DNA of 64,000 nucleotides from the human T2T-CHM13v2.0 reference genome, Homo sapiens (GCF_009914755.1 NC_060946.1); one strand, 5' to 3'; positions 16,134 to 31,340 are shown, counted from the stretch's first letter. Program-made: numbers and translations. Notes: a model not told the origin generated them from the letters alone.

Positions 16134-17252
16134 TTTTTTTTCAGTTCCAGTGAGCTGCCCTGTTTGGCAGTTTTCCACACTATAGTGAGAAGGTTACATC
16201 TTTGGGGATGACAGAAGCTTCAGGTGGGGAACTTTCCCAGACCTCACCCTATGCTTCTCCCTTTGGCTGGTTTTGATTTTTATCTTTTGGCTAAAGTAAC
16301 ATTGTAATAATAAGTACAGTACTTTCCTGAGTTCTATGAGTCATTCTACTGACATTACATCTGAAGAGGTAGTGGGAGCCTCTGAGTTTGCAGCCAGCTG
16401 GTGAGAAGGGAGTGTGACTTGGGAGCTCTGGGACCTGTGGCTGCTGTCCAAAGTGAGGACAGTTTTGTGGAGGGCAGTGCAGGTAACCTGCAAAGTTTGC
16501 TTAACCTTGCATATTTGACTTTAGAAGTCATTGGACTCGTGTTCCTAAGATTCTAAAACTTTGGGGAGTAAGGACAGAAATGAGTTTGAAAATACAAAGG
16601 TTAAAACCGTGAGATATTTTGCTTTACTTTCTCCACAGAAACTCATTTTCTCTAAACTCCAGCCTTTACCGCCTCACGCCAGCTGCACTCACAACAGTTT
16701 CCCAAGGCTCCCAGCCATGACCTGTTCTTTGAAACATCCCAGTGCAGAACATAACACAGACTTGTTTTGTTTTGTTTTCTGCTGGGGCAGAAATTGGGCA
16801 AGATTGATTATTTAGAAAGCAAGATAAAAATCTTTTAGTAACTTCTCTCACGTAGGCAAAAAAGCAAGCCAGCCAGCAAGCAAGCAAGCAAGAAAAAAAA
16901 AAATCACCTAATTTCTTATCTTGGGTAACTGCTGGTTTGCTTTTTGCCAGACAAATTCAGGGATTACTTGAACGCTGGGTTGAGTTCACAGCCAGGTTGT
17001 CTGGCACTCCCCTCTTCAGGAAATCAGTCTCGTCCTGCTTTAATTACCTCTTTGGAACAGGCAATTTTTGTGCCCAGGCATGAATTCTGGAAGACAGAGA
17101 GAATGGAATCACTCAAGATAAGCCGAACTAGGATGTTGAAGGCAGGAAAGTGCAGGCGTGTAGCAAGAACCAAGTTTTACAGGAAACTAAAGGTTAATAT
17201 TATTGTCACTGTTATTAGTTTTGTTTTACTTTGTTTTGTTTATTGTGTTGGA

Positions 17253-17538
17253 TTTTTTTTTTTTTTTTTGAGACAGAGTCTCACTCTTGTTGCCCAGGCT
17301 GGAGTGAAGTGGCATACTCTCGGCTCACTGCAACCTCCGCCTCCTGGGTTCAAGCAATTCTTGTGCCTCAGCCTCCTGAGTATCTGGGATTACAAGCACG
17401 CGCCACACACCCAGCTAATTTTTGTATTGCTAGTAGAGACGGGGTTTTACCATGTTGGCCAGGCTGGTTTGGAACTCCGGACCTGAGGTGATCCACCCGC
17501 CTGCCAAAGTGCTGGGATTATAGGCGTGAGCCACTGTG
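17253..17538 (-). mobile_element. AluS (Sq-like), a few 5' nt missing, abutting the ACO2 retrocopy tail
   Basis: Dimer with poly-T; ends gtgagccactgtg. Confidence 0.9.
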
Positions 17539-17539
17539 G

Positions 17540-20128
17540 TTTTTTTTTGTTTTTTTTTTTCTAACTTTAGATGGGAGTCTTGTCATCAAAAATAAATACA
17601 ATTGCGTGGAGCTGCTTAAAATCTGAAAACCAAAAATAGGAAGGCAGGGGCTAAAAAGTTATTTTAAGAACCCCCCCACCCCCTCCGCCTCCCTGCCGCC
17701 TCCCAATCACAGTCACTCCTGGGGCTCAGCGGGGAGCAGGAAGCACGTTTGGTTATGCCATCTTGGAATAAGAAGCCATGGCTGGATGGATCGGATCCGC
17801 TTATGATGCATGTAGAGCCGAACTTGAACATGACACCAGCTGGGGGAGGGGGGAAGAGGGGGAGGGGGGGTTGCTGGGGAGGCGCCGCCCTCATTGCTGC
17901 TGCTCCTTCGTTCTGTAGAGGGCACTGCCGGCCCTGAACCACTCGATCTCCGTCTCGTTGAAGGTGTGGTTCAGGAGGTTGATTTCCTGGGGTGCTTGAC
18001 GATGTACTTCAGGGGCTTGCCAGCGTCAAGTCCTTCAGGCTCTGAATGGTCAGCTTGTCCACAAGGTGAATCTTGTTGTCAGCTGGGTCAGCGAAGGTCA
18101 GGGGCAGCAGGCCCTGCCTCCTCAGGTTGGTCTCGTGAATCCTGGCAAAGCTCTTGGTGATGATGGCCCGGCCCCCTGAGGTGGCGAGGCTCCAGCGCGG
18201 CGTGCTCCCAGCTTGAGCCCTTGCCATAGTTCTAGTCCCCAATCACCACCCAACTGATGCCATATTTCTTGTAGCGGGCAGTGTCAGGGAAGGGGCCAAA
18301 CTCGTGGGTGACAGCATCGTGCACAGAGTTGGCCTTGCCATTTTCAATGTTGATGGCACCACTGAGCAAGTTGTTGGAGATGGTGTCCAAGTGCCCACGG
18401 AACTTGAGTCAGGGGCCGGCAGCTGAGATGTGGTCAGTGGTACCCCATGCGGGGGTGCTGGTAGGTGTCCTGCCCTGGGCCAAACTCTGCTTGGGGAAGC
18501 TCATCTGCATCCGCAGCCTCCAGCTTGAACTTCTTGCCATCCTTGCCTGTCAGGTAGTTGGTCTCTGGGTTGAACTTGAGGGTTCCCACAATGGCCAGGG
18601 CTGTGACAGTCTCTGGGGATGTGATGAAGGCATGGGTCTCGGGGTTCGTGTCATTGTGGCCCATGAAGTTCCTGTTGTAGGAGGTGACAATTATGTTCTT
18701 CTCCTGCTTGTTGATGTCCTTTCTGTGCAACTGACCAATGCAGGGGCCACAAGCATTGGCCAGGACGATGCCACCCACATCCCTCAAGGTCTGTGCATAG
18801 CCATCCTGCTCAATGGAGGCACGGATCTGCTCGGAGCATGGAGTAATAGTGAACTGGGACTTGCACTTGAGGCCATGGGCCAGTGCCTGCTTGGCCACAC
18901 CTGCTGAGCACCCCATATCTTCATAGCTTGAATTGGTGCAGCTGCCCCACAGACCCACTCAGATGTCCAGAGGCCATTCTTCCTTCTCTGCCACCTTGCC
19001 CACTTCTGCCACAGGGTGAGCCAGGTCAGGGGTGAAGGGCCCATTGATGTGCAGCTTCAGTTCACTGGGGTTAACTTCAATTAGTTGGTCATAATGGCAC
19101 CCAGGGTCAGGCACCAAGTGATCTTTGAATTCATCAGCTAGATTGGCAATGTCTGCCTGGCAGGTCTTGCTCATGTACTTCTTCATCCTGAGGTTGTAAT
19201 GGAACACGGAAGTGGTTGTCCCAATTTCTAAGCCCATGTTGCAGACTGTCACCATGCCAGTGCAGGAGATGGAGTCTACAACAGGCCCGTGGTATTCCAC
19301 GATTGCACCTGTGCCACCTTTCATGGTGAGGATGCCTGCCACCTTCAGGATCACATCTTTGGGTGAGGTCCAACCAGAGAGGGAGCCCATCAGCTTCACG
19401 CCAATCACCTTGGGGCACTTCAGCTCCCAGGGGATCCCAGTCATGACATCCACAGCTCGGCACCCCCAACTCCAATGCAGATGCCCCCCAGGCTGCCACC
19501 ATTGGGGGTGTGGGAGTCAGTGCCAATCAGAAGAACCCCAGGATATTCATAGTTTTCCAGAATAATCTGGTGAATGATTCCAGATCCAGGCTTCCAGAAG
19601 CTCAAGCCATATTTGACACTTCCAGTTGCCAGGAAATTATAAACTTCGTGGTTGATGTCCTTGGCCTGGTGCAGGTCTTTCTCACTCCCGAGCTGGGCCT
19701 CAATCAGATGGTCACAGTGGATGGTGGATGGCATGGTCACCTTGGGAGCCTGCTGCTGATGAACTGCAGCATGGCCATCTGGGCCGTCCATCCTGCATGG
19801 TCACGCTGTCCGGCCACTGCTGCAGGTACGTCCCGCCCCGCTCAATTTCCTGGCTGGTGGGGTCATCCGGGTGTCTGTACACGATCTTCTCTGAGAGGGT
19901 CAGAGGCCGGTTCAATCATTTGCAAACAATGTTAATGTTCTTCTCTAGCAGGTCATAGTGGATGTACTTAGGCTCAAAGGGTCTCATCGCCACCTTGGCC
20001 CGTTGGCACAGGACTGATGCCACATGGTACTGCCGCACACCCAGAGCTTTCTGCAGCCAAGTAACCAGTAGGCTGTAGGGCACCATTTTGTGCAAAGATC
20101 GGGTCACATTGACAAAGACGGGTCACGT
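17540..20128 (-). pseudogene. ACO2: Processed pseudogene of mitochondrial aconitase (ACO2)
   Basis: Minus-strand ORF fragments match ACO2 ([86 protein letters not shown]). Intronless, ATG at 20086, stop-equivalent 17891-17893, multiple frameshifts and stops, 3'UTR plus poly(A) at 17540-17560, TTTT/AA endonuclease site at 20138-20143. Confidence 0.97.
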
Positions 20129-21891
20129 CTGTGTTTGTTTTAAAAGAGAATATATTGTATCTACAAGGTCTGGAAAATGCAGTAAGAAAATGGGGTGAAG
20201 ATGCTTCCAGCATCTGGAAGAGGGTAAATCTCTGGAATCAGGCACTCAGCCAGCACTCACTCTGACTTCATCACCTCTTTCAGCTGGATTTGCTGAGCTC
20301 TTCCCTGGCAGGCCAAACCCATGAAAGCAGACGGCGCCTTGGGAGCTTGATCTCTTCCAACTGTCAGGGCATGGGAGTCATTCTGCCATTCTTGTCTCAC
20401 AGCAGGAGTACCTGAAGAGAACCCTGGCCCTTTTGGGGAGGGGGGTTTAACTAGGCTTGTTCTTACAGAAAATAATGGGCTGATAGGGGAGATTCTCTTC
20501 TTCTTCACAATTTATGTCAGATGTAACCCTATACTCTCTGAAAGATAACAGGTTTGGTAATTAGAGATGAAGGAATTTAATTAATTTCTAAAAGTATTTA
20601 TGGAACAGGTACTATATATCTGACAGTGAGCTGAGAATACAGAACAGAGGGGAGAATAAGACATTGCTAGCAGAGTGATAGTCAAGCAGGTGAATAATTA
20701 TCATCTCATATGATAAGAGCTATAGCAGAGACATGTGCAGGTACCATGGGGGTAGAGGTGAATGTCCGATTCCACAGAACAGAGACAATGGAGAAAGAAG
20801 AGAAGAAAGCATCTGGACTGGAGATAATCTGACAACGTGGAAAGGGCAGGGTTTTTAAAGTCCATCAGATTAACTGCAAATCCCTTTATCCAACTCTGTG
20901 TCCCTGGGAAAATCACTTAACCTTTCTGAGTCCCTATTTAATCAATATGATAGAAAGAGTATACTCACATCATAAGATTATGATGAGGATTAGATGAGAT
21001 CTTTTAGACTACTCATCTAGAGCACTGCCAGGCCCATGGTCACTCCCCAGCAAATGACAGCTCAGTGGCTATAATTAATGTCAAATTGGATTTTGTCATT
21101 TCAGTGGGGAAATGGAGCTGTGGGCTCCATTGAGTGGGATGTAAAGAAGCAAGAGATGACTCATCTCTCATTTGAACAATCAGGCAGATACTGAGGACAA
21201 GCACAATTAGGTTTGGAGAACAAAGGGGGAACATCAGTGTGGTTTGGAATCAGTTGCAGTTAACATGCTGTGGGATGTCACAGTAATCACGAAGGAGGAA
21301 AAGGAAGGAGGTGTCAGTTGGACTGCCCCAAGGCAACCCTTGAGCCATCAGGACAGCTCAACACCTCCTCTGTTTTCATCTTTGTACTTCCTGTCAGTCA
21401 GGCAGAGGACCGTTCCTTCCCATGATTCAGACTGTATCCCGCCTCATCTCCCTGAACTTTTTGAGGACAGCTATAGGCAGGTACAAGCCCTGATTGGACT
21501 CATTACCTCAATCATTCTTTTAATTCGATATCTATATTGAATTACCTACTTTATGCCAAGAGCTGACCTAGGACCTGAAGGAACAATTGAATGGAATAGT
21601 TGAGTTCCCTGCTCAATAATCTTAAATGTACTTGCATGTATTTGAATATTAGGCATCTCTATGACCTTCCTTACGTGCAGACAGTTTAATTTGAATAGAG
21701 GAGGGCATTTTTCCCTCTCATATCAATTCTAGATACCTTTATGGCAACAAGAAAAGAAAAAACCATCCTGAAATGTTTCTTAGAAATATATAGTCCAATA
21801 GTCCTAATTCAATAGATATTTATTGGGTGTGTATTATAACCATACACCCTTATCTTTATCTTTCAGATGAATAAAAGAATCCTAAGGGAGG

Positions 21892-22289
21892 TAGTATGGC
21901 CTAAATGTTTGTGTCCTCCCAAAATTTCAGTGTCTAAGCCCTAACCCCTGGTGGGGTTATATTTGAAGATAGGTCTTCTAAGAAAGTAATTAAGGTTAAA
22001 TGAGGTCATAATGATGGGGCCCTGATCCGTTTGGATTAGCATCCCATTTCCAAGTAGACACACCAGAAATCTTGCTTCTTTGCTCTTTCTCTGAATGTGT
22101 GCACTGAGGAAAGGCCATATGAGCATGGAGCAAGAAGCCAGCCATCCCCCAGCCACAAAAACAGCTCTCACCAAGAACTGAATTGGCTGGCACCTTGATC
22201 TGGACTTCCCAGCCTCTGCAACTCTGAGAAACTACATTTCTGTTTAAGCCACCTGGCATATGATATGGCAGTCAGAGCTGACTAAGACT
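21892..22289 (+). mobile_element. MaLR solo LTR (MLT1A-like)
   Basis: tatggcctaaatgtttgtgtcctcccaaaatt...ggcaccttgatctggacttcccagcctc...gactaagac. Confidence 0.8.
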
Positions 22290-22299
22290 GAAGGGCCAC

Positions 22300-23120
<821 letters not shown>

Positions 23121-24050
23121 AGGATTCAAATGCAGGTCTCCCTTGGGCCCTGGCTAGGGTTATTTTCACCATGACAAATTACTTTTTTGTTTTAATGTGA
23201 AACACATACACAGACATGATTGCTCTTAGCCATCTGAAGTACTGAGCCTCAGCGAAGCAGAAGATAGGCAAGGTGGCTATCACAGCCAACCCTTCCAGTG
23301 TGCTTTACTCCCCTAAATCTCCCTTATACCCTTATACATATTGTCCATTCTCCATGCCGCAGGCTATCGCCCCTACACCATGACTAAGGTCATCCTATAC
23401 TTCAAAACTTGGGGTCCTGAGTTTTCATAGTCTTCTTCCAATTTCATCAAAACCTGCTCTCAGGAGGCTTTGCTATAAGAAAAAAAAGCTGATCCCTGAA
23501 TTCTGGTAACTTTTACTAAAACAAATAGCTACTGAGTATTTAATCTATATGTGGCTCTGTGCCTGGTGTTGGGCTGCTGGTATTAGAAATGAATCATAGA
23601 ACTAATTGTTAAGGAGCATACACTCCAGAAGGAGAAATAATGCATGCACATAATTAATTGTTTTTATTCCCTGTGCAAAAAAAAATTGAATATAGTGCCA
23701 AGCATTATCCTAGAAAGGTGGATTACAGTGATAAATCAGACAGAGCCACAGGCCCTACTCTGGCAGAGTTTAGAGTTTACTAAGGACCCGAGGTAGATCA
23801 GAGAATACCAGGAAAAGATGACATTTCTGTGAGTTGAGAAGAACTAGGTGAGAAATCAGAGAAGGGTATGGGGTGTAGGACAGGTAACAATTAAGTGGGT
23901 TCATGAAACACATACTGGGTTGTTTATAAGCAGTATCAGTCTTCTCGGAATGTGGTTAATAGAATCGTCGCTGGAGTTAATGGCTGAGTTTGAGTCTTTG
24001 TCTTAACACTCAGAGGGAAGGCCATGGACAAGTTACTTAATTTCTCTGCT

Positions 24051-24582
24051 CAGTAGTGTGCTAGTAAATGTTTAAAACCAGTTTTCCAAAAAGAGGGAGA
24101 AAAGGAGATGGGGAAGAAGGAAGGAAGCAAGGAAGCAAGGAAGGGAGGGAGGGAGGGAGGGAGGGAGGGACAAAGGGAGGGAGGGAGGGATGGAGGGAAA
24201 CCAAGCTAGCTCTGCCTAGTAGCATCTTCTATTTTCCATGATGTAAATACTTTCACTATGGCCTACTTTAAAATACCAACATGGTATCAGTGAGAAGTGA
24301 TGTGCAGTAGCATACCATTTTCTAGTATTTTTACCACACAGACACAGTTAACATAAATATCCTCAAAAGCATACGTAATAGTGAAATGTAGTAAAATAAC
24401 TAGAAAGTTATGAGTTTTGAATACTTGGTTCCGTTTTAAATATAATTCATTTAATTGAAAGTTTATATAACTTAATTTGTAACAAGAGCTGCACTTAACA
24501 ACCAACCCATAAAATTTCTAAAACTCCGTCAGCTTGCTTTGGCTCTTGCAACTCAGTGTGAGCCATCACCAGGACAGCATAG
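24051..24582 (+). mobile_element. MER63-like hAT DNA transposon containing a (GGAA/GGGA)n tract
   Basis: Start cagtagtgtgctagtaaatgtttaa resembles the MER63 TIR. Confidence 0.65.
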
Positions 24583-24610
24583 ATTCTGTGTCTCAATGTC
24601 TCATTTATAA

Positions 24611-24958
<348 letters not shown>

Positions 24959-25521
24959 TAAGGATTAAATAAGATGGTTCATAGAAGACATTCTGCATCT
25001 AGAAAATCATAAACACTCAGTAAATGTTGGCTATCATCATTATTTTTGCTATCATTGAGTTTATTTATATGTAAAGTATGAATAGTATGAATACCAGGAA
25101 GGATTCATGGATGAGTGGGGCACTTGGAGATGAGACCAGCCTTGTGAGAATCTGGTCAGTAGCCATAGCCTACCATTGATAGTACAAATGCACATTATCC
25201 CCAGATATGAGCCTGTTCGTCACTGTAGCCTTAGGACATGGCAATTGCACACACTGGCACATGAGTTCTTCTGTGCGGAATTGGGCATGTGGCTGAACCT
25301 AAGCTGGGGATAACCCATTCTGCACACTCAGACTGGAGATCGCCTCCTGGCTCCCTTCTGTCCTAGTACTGCTCATATATCTGGTTTCTTGCTCTCTCAG
25401 AGCCATGGGCACCCCAGAACTCTGCCACCTTTTTCTTTCTTCTGTCCCATGGACTCTCCGGGAACAGAGGGCTCAGGAATAAAGCTGACATTTAACTGTA
25501 AGTACTGCCTTTACCAGACAT

Positions 25522-25989
25522 CTTTTTTTTATTATTATACTTTAAGTTCTAGGGTACATGTGCACAATGTGCAGTTTTGTTACATAGGTATACATGTGCC
25601 ATGTTGGTTTGCTGCACCCATCAACTCGTCATTTACATTAGGTATTTCTCCTAACGCTATCTCTCCCCCAGCCCCCCAACAGGCCCCGGTGTGTGATGTT
25701 CCTCTCCCTGTCTCCATGTGTATTCTCATTGTTCAACTCTCATTTATGAGTGAGAACATGCAGTGTTTGGTTTTCTGTTCTTGTGTTAGTTTGCTGAGAA
25801 TGATGGTTTCCAGCTTCATCCATGTCCCTGCAAAGGACATGAACTCATCCTTTTTAATGGCTGCATAGTATTCCATGGTATATATGTGACACATTTTCTT
25901 TATCCAGTCTATCACTGATGGGCCTTTGGGTTGGTTCCAAATCTTTGCTATTGTGAATAGTGCCGCAATAAATAGGCGCGTGCACGTGG
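25522..25989 (-). mobile_element. 5'-truncated L1PA (PA6/7-like) inserted in a MIR
   Basis: L1PA 3'UTR; degenerate TSD taccagacatcttt / taccaggcattttt. Confidence 0.88.
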
Positions 25990-28889
25990 TACCAGGCATT
26001 TTTCTAAACACTTTACATAGATTCAGTCATTTGTTCTTCACAAAATTGGATGAGGCAGGCACAAGTATCATCTCCATTTTATGGATAACAAAGACATGTC
26101 CAAAATCAGTCCTCAAGTGAGTGAAAGAGCTAGAATTTGCACCTCACTGTTGGTTTCAATACCCACACCCTTCCTTCCCTACAGAGCTCCACTGTTGCCG
26201 AGCTACTGTGCTTGTCATCGCATGCTTTCATCATAGACAGCAGCAGCATCGAAGCCAAGAAGATAATTATTTTATGGTTTGGGATTTTAATATATTTTTG
26301 GCAGCAAAGCAACTTGACTCTCTTAATTGTGCTTTGCTTCATCTTGAATTAAAATAATTACATTGAATTCTGTGACAAACAATAGAATGCTAGTAGTCAT
26401 TCTTCCAACCAACATTTTTTAAGTGTCTTCTATGTGCTGTCTGGTATTGCTGTGTGCACTTGTAATGCAGAAGAATGAGATAAGGCAGAGTTGCCCAAGA
26501 GGTATGCAGTGTAGTGCAGTGGTAGAAAAAATACTAGGGGCTATGTTTGAAGAAGGTGAAAGGTTCAATTTTCTCATTCAAACATTTGGATACTTTTATA
26601 AGGACCTAAAGACATAATTACAGGACACTGTAATAAGTGTAGTAACCAAGGTTGGTGCAGGCAGAGAAAGAGAGGAGAGGAAAGGGCATTTCACACAGAG
26701 GGAAAAACATGTATAAAGGGAACAGTCAAAACAGTATTTTTAAGAATAATTCCAGAAGTGGAAAAGCAAAACATCTAACAGAGAGGAGTCTTGGCTCCTA
26801 AGGGTGCAGGGTATAGGTAAAAACAGGGGAAAATTAAAATTGAGCATGATGCAAGTTACAGAAGCATATCAGGGGTGTGAGAGTGGTGGATCACTGGGTC
26901 CTCCCCTCTGGGTTTATAGGTGGCAGAACTGAGATGGAAGAGTCTGATGTCACGGTTCTCATAGAGACGACATTCAGACCCAGCTCTTCACGTTTGCCAT
27001 TTCAAAGAACATTTTGTTATCTTCTAATGTAGAGAGAAAGGGGACTCAGATTGCTGAGTAATAGGGAATCTGGAATGCATTTGAGATGTGAATTCTATTG
27101 GCGATGACAGAGTCTCATTTGGATAAACAATTGCTCAGATTGTTTAGGGAATCGCATTGATTTCCTAAACAAAATAAGTAAGTGCTCCAACTGTGTACAT
27201 ATAGAAGACATCCAAAGAGGAAGGGGCAGAAGCCTGATACATTTAGAGAGGACCTGCTGGTAGGAACACAGCAAGTCACTGGCAGGGTTGGGATTCGAGT
27301 CTTTGTTTCTAGGCTCTCAACCTAGGACTTGTTACCCAGGATCAAAAGTCCTGATCATCTCTTTGCAGCAGAAAGTGCTCCTTGGTCTATAAACTATCCC
27401 ATAAGTTATTCTTAAAGAAAGAATGATCTACAAAACAAATTACTTCCTCTTTAAAACTTCCTGCATGATAAAAATTAGAAATAGCAAGAGTCCAGCATTG
27501 CAGCTGCAAATGAGAAAATAATGGGCAGTGGTATTTGCTTACAGGCTGTGATCATGCACATCTCTAAGCCTCACTTATGCCCCGTCTCCTGCCCAGAATT
27601 GCTCCCCTTTTCCTTCATATCTACCTAAAATACACCAATCCACCAAGCACTGGGTCAAACCACACTTCCTCCATGGCAACACTCCTAATATCTGCAGCCT
27701 GCAAAGATCATTTCCACTTTCTGCCTTCCCAGAGCATGAATGGGAAATTGACTGTAAGAAAGTCAGGAGCCAAGTCTGTAGTCACTTGTGTTTTTCCCTA
27801 ATTGTTTTCTGTGGAAATGTCTTATCATCATGACAGAAGAACATGCTCCTCAAGGATAAAACGACATGTCTTCTCTTTATTGTGTTCCCTAATGATAGTT
27901 AATATATGGAGCAGTGCTTAGAAAATAAATGCTCATTATGCTCATTCAGTAAACATCGCATAGCTTATGCTAGAATATACAGGTGAGAGATGAACAGGAA
28001 ACTATCCCTACCATCAAAAAGCTGCCACTCTCCTGGGAATACCGATGTTTAAAGAAATGAAGCAGAGTCCTATTCAGAATAAATTTGTACCCCTTATTTC
28101 ACCAAAGAAGGTACCGGAACACAACATAGACTTGCTGAGGTCTATGAGTTAAAGAGTAAAGACTCAGAGTTCAAACAAAGCCGGGGGGAACATCAGGGCA
28201 TTCTGAGGTTACTGCAGGTGGTCTCTCTTGTCCGGGACAAAGAGTCTGTGGGAGCTGTCCTCAGAAGGGTGTCTGACCCTTTGTGTTTTGAGGTCCTAAA
28301 ATAAGACCCGCCTGAGCCTGAGAAGAGGACCAAGAGAAAAGGAGAACTAACATTCTAGGGCCACAGTAGGACTCAACATGCTGTCCTGACCTGGAGCCAG
28401 CCCAAAGACACATTCTTTCTTAGCGTGTGATTGCACAGGTGGATTGAGGGACATGTTTTCCAAGCTCATGGCAGTACCTTGAATAGATGGCCCATCTTCA
28501 GCAACTGTGCCCCAGCCCTACCTTCAAGGAGTCTTCAGGCAGCTTCCACTTCTGCATACCAGAAGGTGATGCATGCCAGCACCCTCTCCACTCCTCAGAC
28601 ACAGCTCACCCAGGCTGGCTTCTATTCACTGCCAGCACCCTTCCCTGTGGGGCAGAAGAGAACAGAAAGGACCAACCTGGACTTACTCTAGATGCTTGCT
28701 CATTTAATATGGGACCCCTTGGTGCCACTAGGGATGAGCCAGCTGAAGGATGTTACCACTAGGAGCATAGGGAAGGTCTGAACCTCTGTAGGTTGAGGAC
28801 ACCCTAAGAGGCATTAGTTATGCCCAGCTCCATCCTCACCTGCACATGAATGTTGGAAAGAATACTTGGTTATACAGTAGGAGAGAGCA

Positions 28890-31340
28890 TTTAAAAATCA
28901 AATTTATTGAGGTAGAATTTAGGTACAATAAATGAGTGCATCTATTTTAAGTGAACAGTGTGAAGCATTTTGTTATATGTATCCACCCATATAACTAGTG
29001 AGGGCATAGAATATTCCCGTCACCCTAGAAAGTTCTCTCTTGCCCCCTCTCTGTCAACTCTCCTTGCTTCCCAGCCCAGATACCCACTGATCTGAGGCCT
29101 ATCACTACAGACAAGTTTTGCCTCTTCTAGAATTTCATATGCATGGAATTATACAGTATGTTCTCTTTTGTGTCCAGCTTCATAGGGTCAGCATAATTGT
29201 TTCCAACATTTTATTATGTAATTTTTCAGACATACAGAAAAGTTAAAAAAATTTTACAGTAGATTCCTAACCTAGACTCTATCATTAAGATTTTCCTTCC
29301 CTGCTTTATTATATTTCTATGCATTTATCCATCTTCTATTCATCTACCTTATTTTTTGATACATTTCAAAGTAAATTGCAGACACCAGTCAACTTCCTTT
29401 TAAATACGTCAGGATGTTTTACTAACTCACTTTCAATTTTAATTAATTTACTAATGCAATATTTGTTATGTATTTTCTTTTAAGGTAAAATTAACATACA
29501 ATAAAACACAAAAATGTTTAACATATTTTTTTTTGAGTTTTGACAAATACACATACCCATGTTACCAAAACCCCTATCGAAACATACAGTGTTACATCAC
29601 TCTAGAATTCCCCCATGCCTTTTCCCAAGAAACACCCTTCCCCCCACTGCCAAAGCAACTTCTGATCTTTTTCTACCATAGATTAGTTTATCTGTTCTAG
29701 AACTTCATATAAGTGGAAACACCACATGTACGTTCTTTTGTAAGCCTCTTACTTAGCATAATGCCTTTCAGCTTCACCATGTCCTTGTATTATCAATATT
29801 TCATTCTTTTTATTGTTGAATAGTATTCCATTATATCAATATACTGCAATGTGTTTATCCTCTTATTGATGGACATCTTGACTATTTCAAGTTCTGATCG
29901 ATAAAGCTATAAGTGTTTTTATACAAATGTTTCTATGAACATATGTTTTGTTTCTTTTTATTAGGGAAATACCTGGGAGGAGAAATTCTAGATCATAGAG
30001 TACGTGTGTGGTTAGTTTTATAAGAAACGGCCAGACTTTCTCTGAAGTTTTGGTATCATTTCACACACCCGCCAGAAACTGATAAGAGCTGTACTTGCTC
30101 CCTGTAGGAACTAAGTGTATGTTTCTAGGTTTCTTTTCTTTCTTTCTTCCTTCTTTTCCCTCCTTTAGTTATTTATTGTTTTACTTTAGTGATTCCCATT
30201 AGTGTTTAGTGATTTCTCACTAGGATTTTGTTGTTGTTGTTGTTGTTGTTGTTTTCTGAGATGGAGTCTTGCTCTGTCTCGCAGGCTGGAGTGCAGTGTC
30301 GTGATCTCGGCTTACTGCAACCTCCACCTCCTGGGTTCAAGCAATTCTCCTGCCTCGACCTCCTGAATAGCTGGGACTACAAGCACGTGCCACCACGCCA
30401 GGCTAATTTTTGTACTTTTAGTAGAGATGAGATTTCACTATGTTGGCCAGGATGGTCTCAATCTCCTGACCTTGTGATGCACCAGCCTCAGCCTCCCAAA
30501 GTGCTGGGATTACAGGCATGAGCCACCGCACCCAGCCCTCACTATGGTTTTAATGTGCATTTCCCTTTATATATGCTTATTGGTCACTCGTATATCTCCT
30601 CTGGTGACATGTCTGTTCAAATCTTTTACCTACTTTTTAAATTTCTTTTTGTGTCTTTTTGTTACTGAGATAAATTATTCATATAATTTGGATACAAGTC
30701 TTCTGTCTGATGATAGATACATAATATTTAAGTGGCTTACATTTTAAATTTTCTTTTTATCTTTTTGAATTTTGCTGTATATATCTAAGGTATACAACAT
30801 GATGTTTCGACATACATAGAGATAGTGACGTGGCTACCATAGTCAAGCAAATTAACACATCCATTATCTGACATAGTTACTCCCCTTTTTAAATTCAGTA
30901 CCTTTTGAAAAGTAGAATTTTAACTTTTTATTACTTTTCTTTTATGGCTAGTGCAGTTTTGATGCACTTTCAGGGAAATCTTTGCCTGCATCAGGCCATG
31001 AACATTTTTCTTCTGTGTTTTCTTTTTTCCAAGAAATTTTACAATTTCAGCATTTACATTTAGGTCTATAATCTATTTTGTTTGTTTTGCGAGGTAGGAT
31101 TTGAGATGCTATTTGTTTATATGGGTTCTTTAGAAATGATGTAGGAGTGTTATTATTTATACCTTAAATATGTATTAGAATTTACCATTGAAGCCCTCTA
31201 GGCCTGGAGTTTTCTTTGGGGGAAGGTTTTAAATTATTCATTCAATATTCTCGGTAGATATAGGCCTTTGAGGTTTTCTATTTTCTCTTTAGTTACTTTT
31301 ATTAATTTACACATTTCCAAAAGAATTTCAATCTCATCTA
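28890..31340 (-). mobile_element. Cluster of old L1ME/L1MA antisense 3' fragments
   Basis: Repeated antisense L1M 3' motifs (tttattgaggtagaattt, tagtattccatt); boundaries approximate. Confidence 0.65.
30227..30537 (-). mobile_element. AluS with (TTG)n tail
   Basis: Full dimer. Confidence 0.92.

Noticed and set aside
16944-17486. 180-aa ORF
   Set aside because: Non-ATG start, runs into an antisense Alu, no recognisable domain.
18281-18907. 208-aa + strand ORF and other + ORFs at 19212-19958
   Set aside because: Antisense shadows of the GC-rich ACO2 coding sequence, with no independent support.
17891-20086. Functional aconitase gene
   Set aside because: Intronless, split over several frames by stops and frameshifts, internally deleted and poly(A)-tailed: a processed pseudogene.
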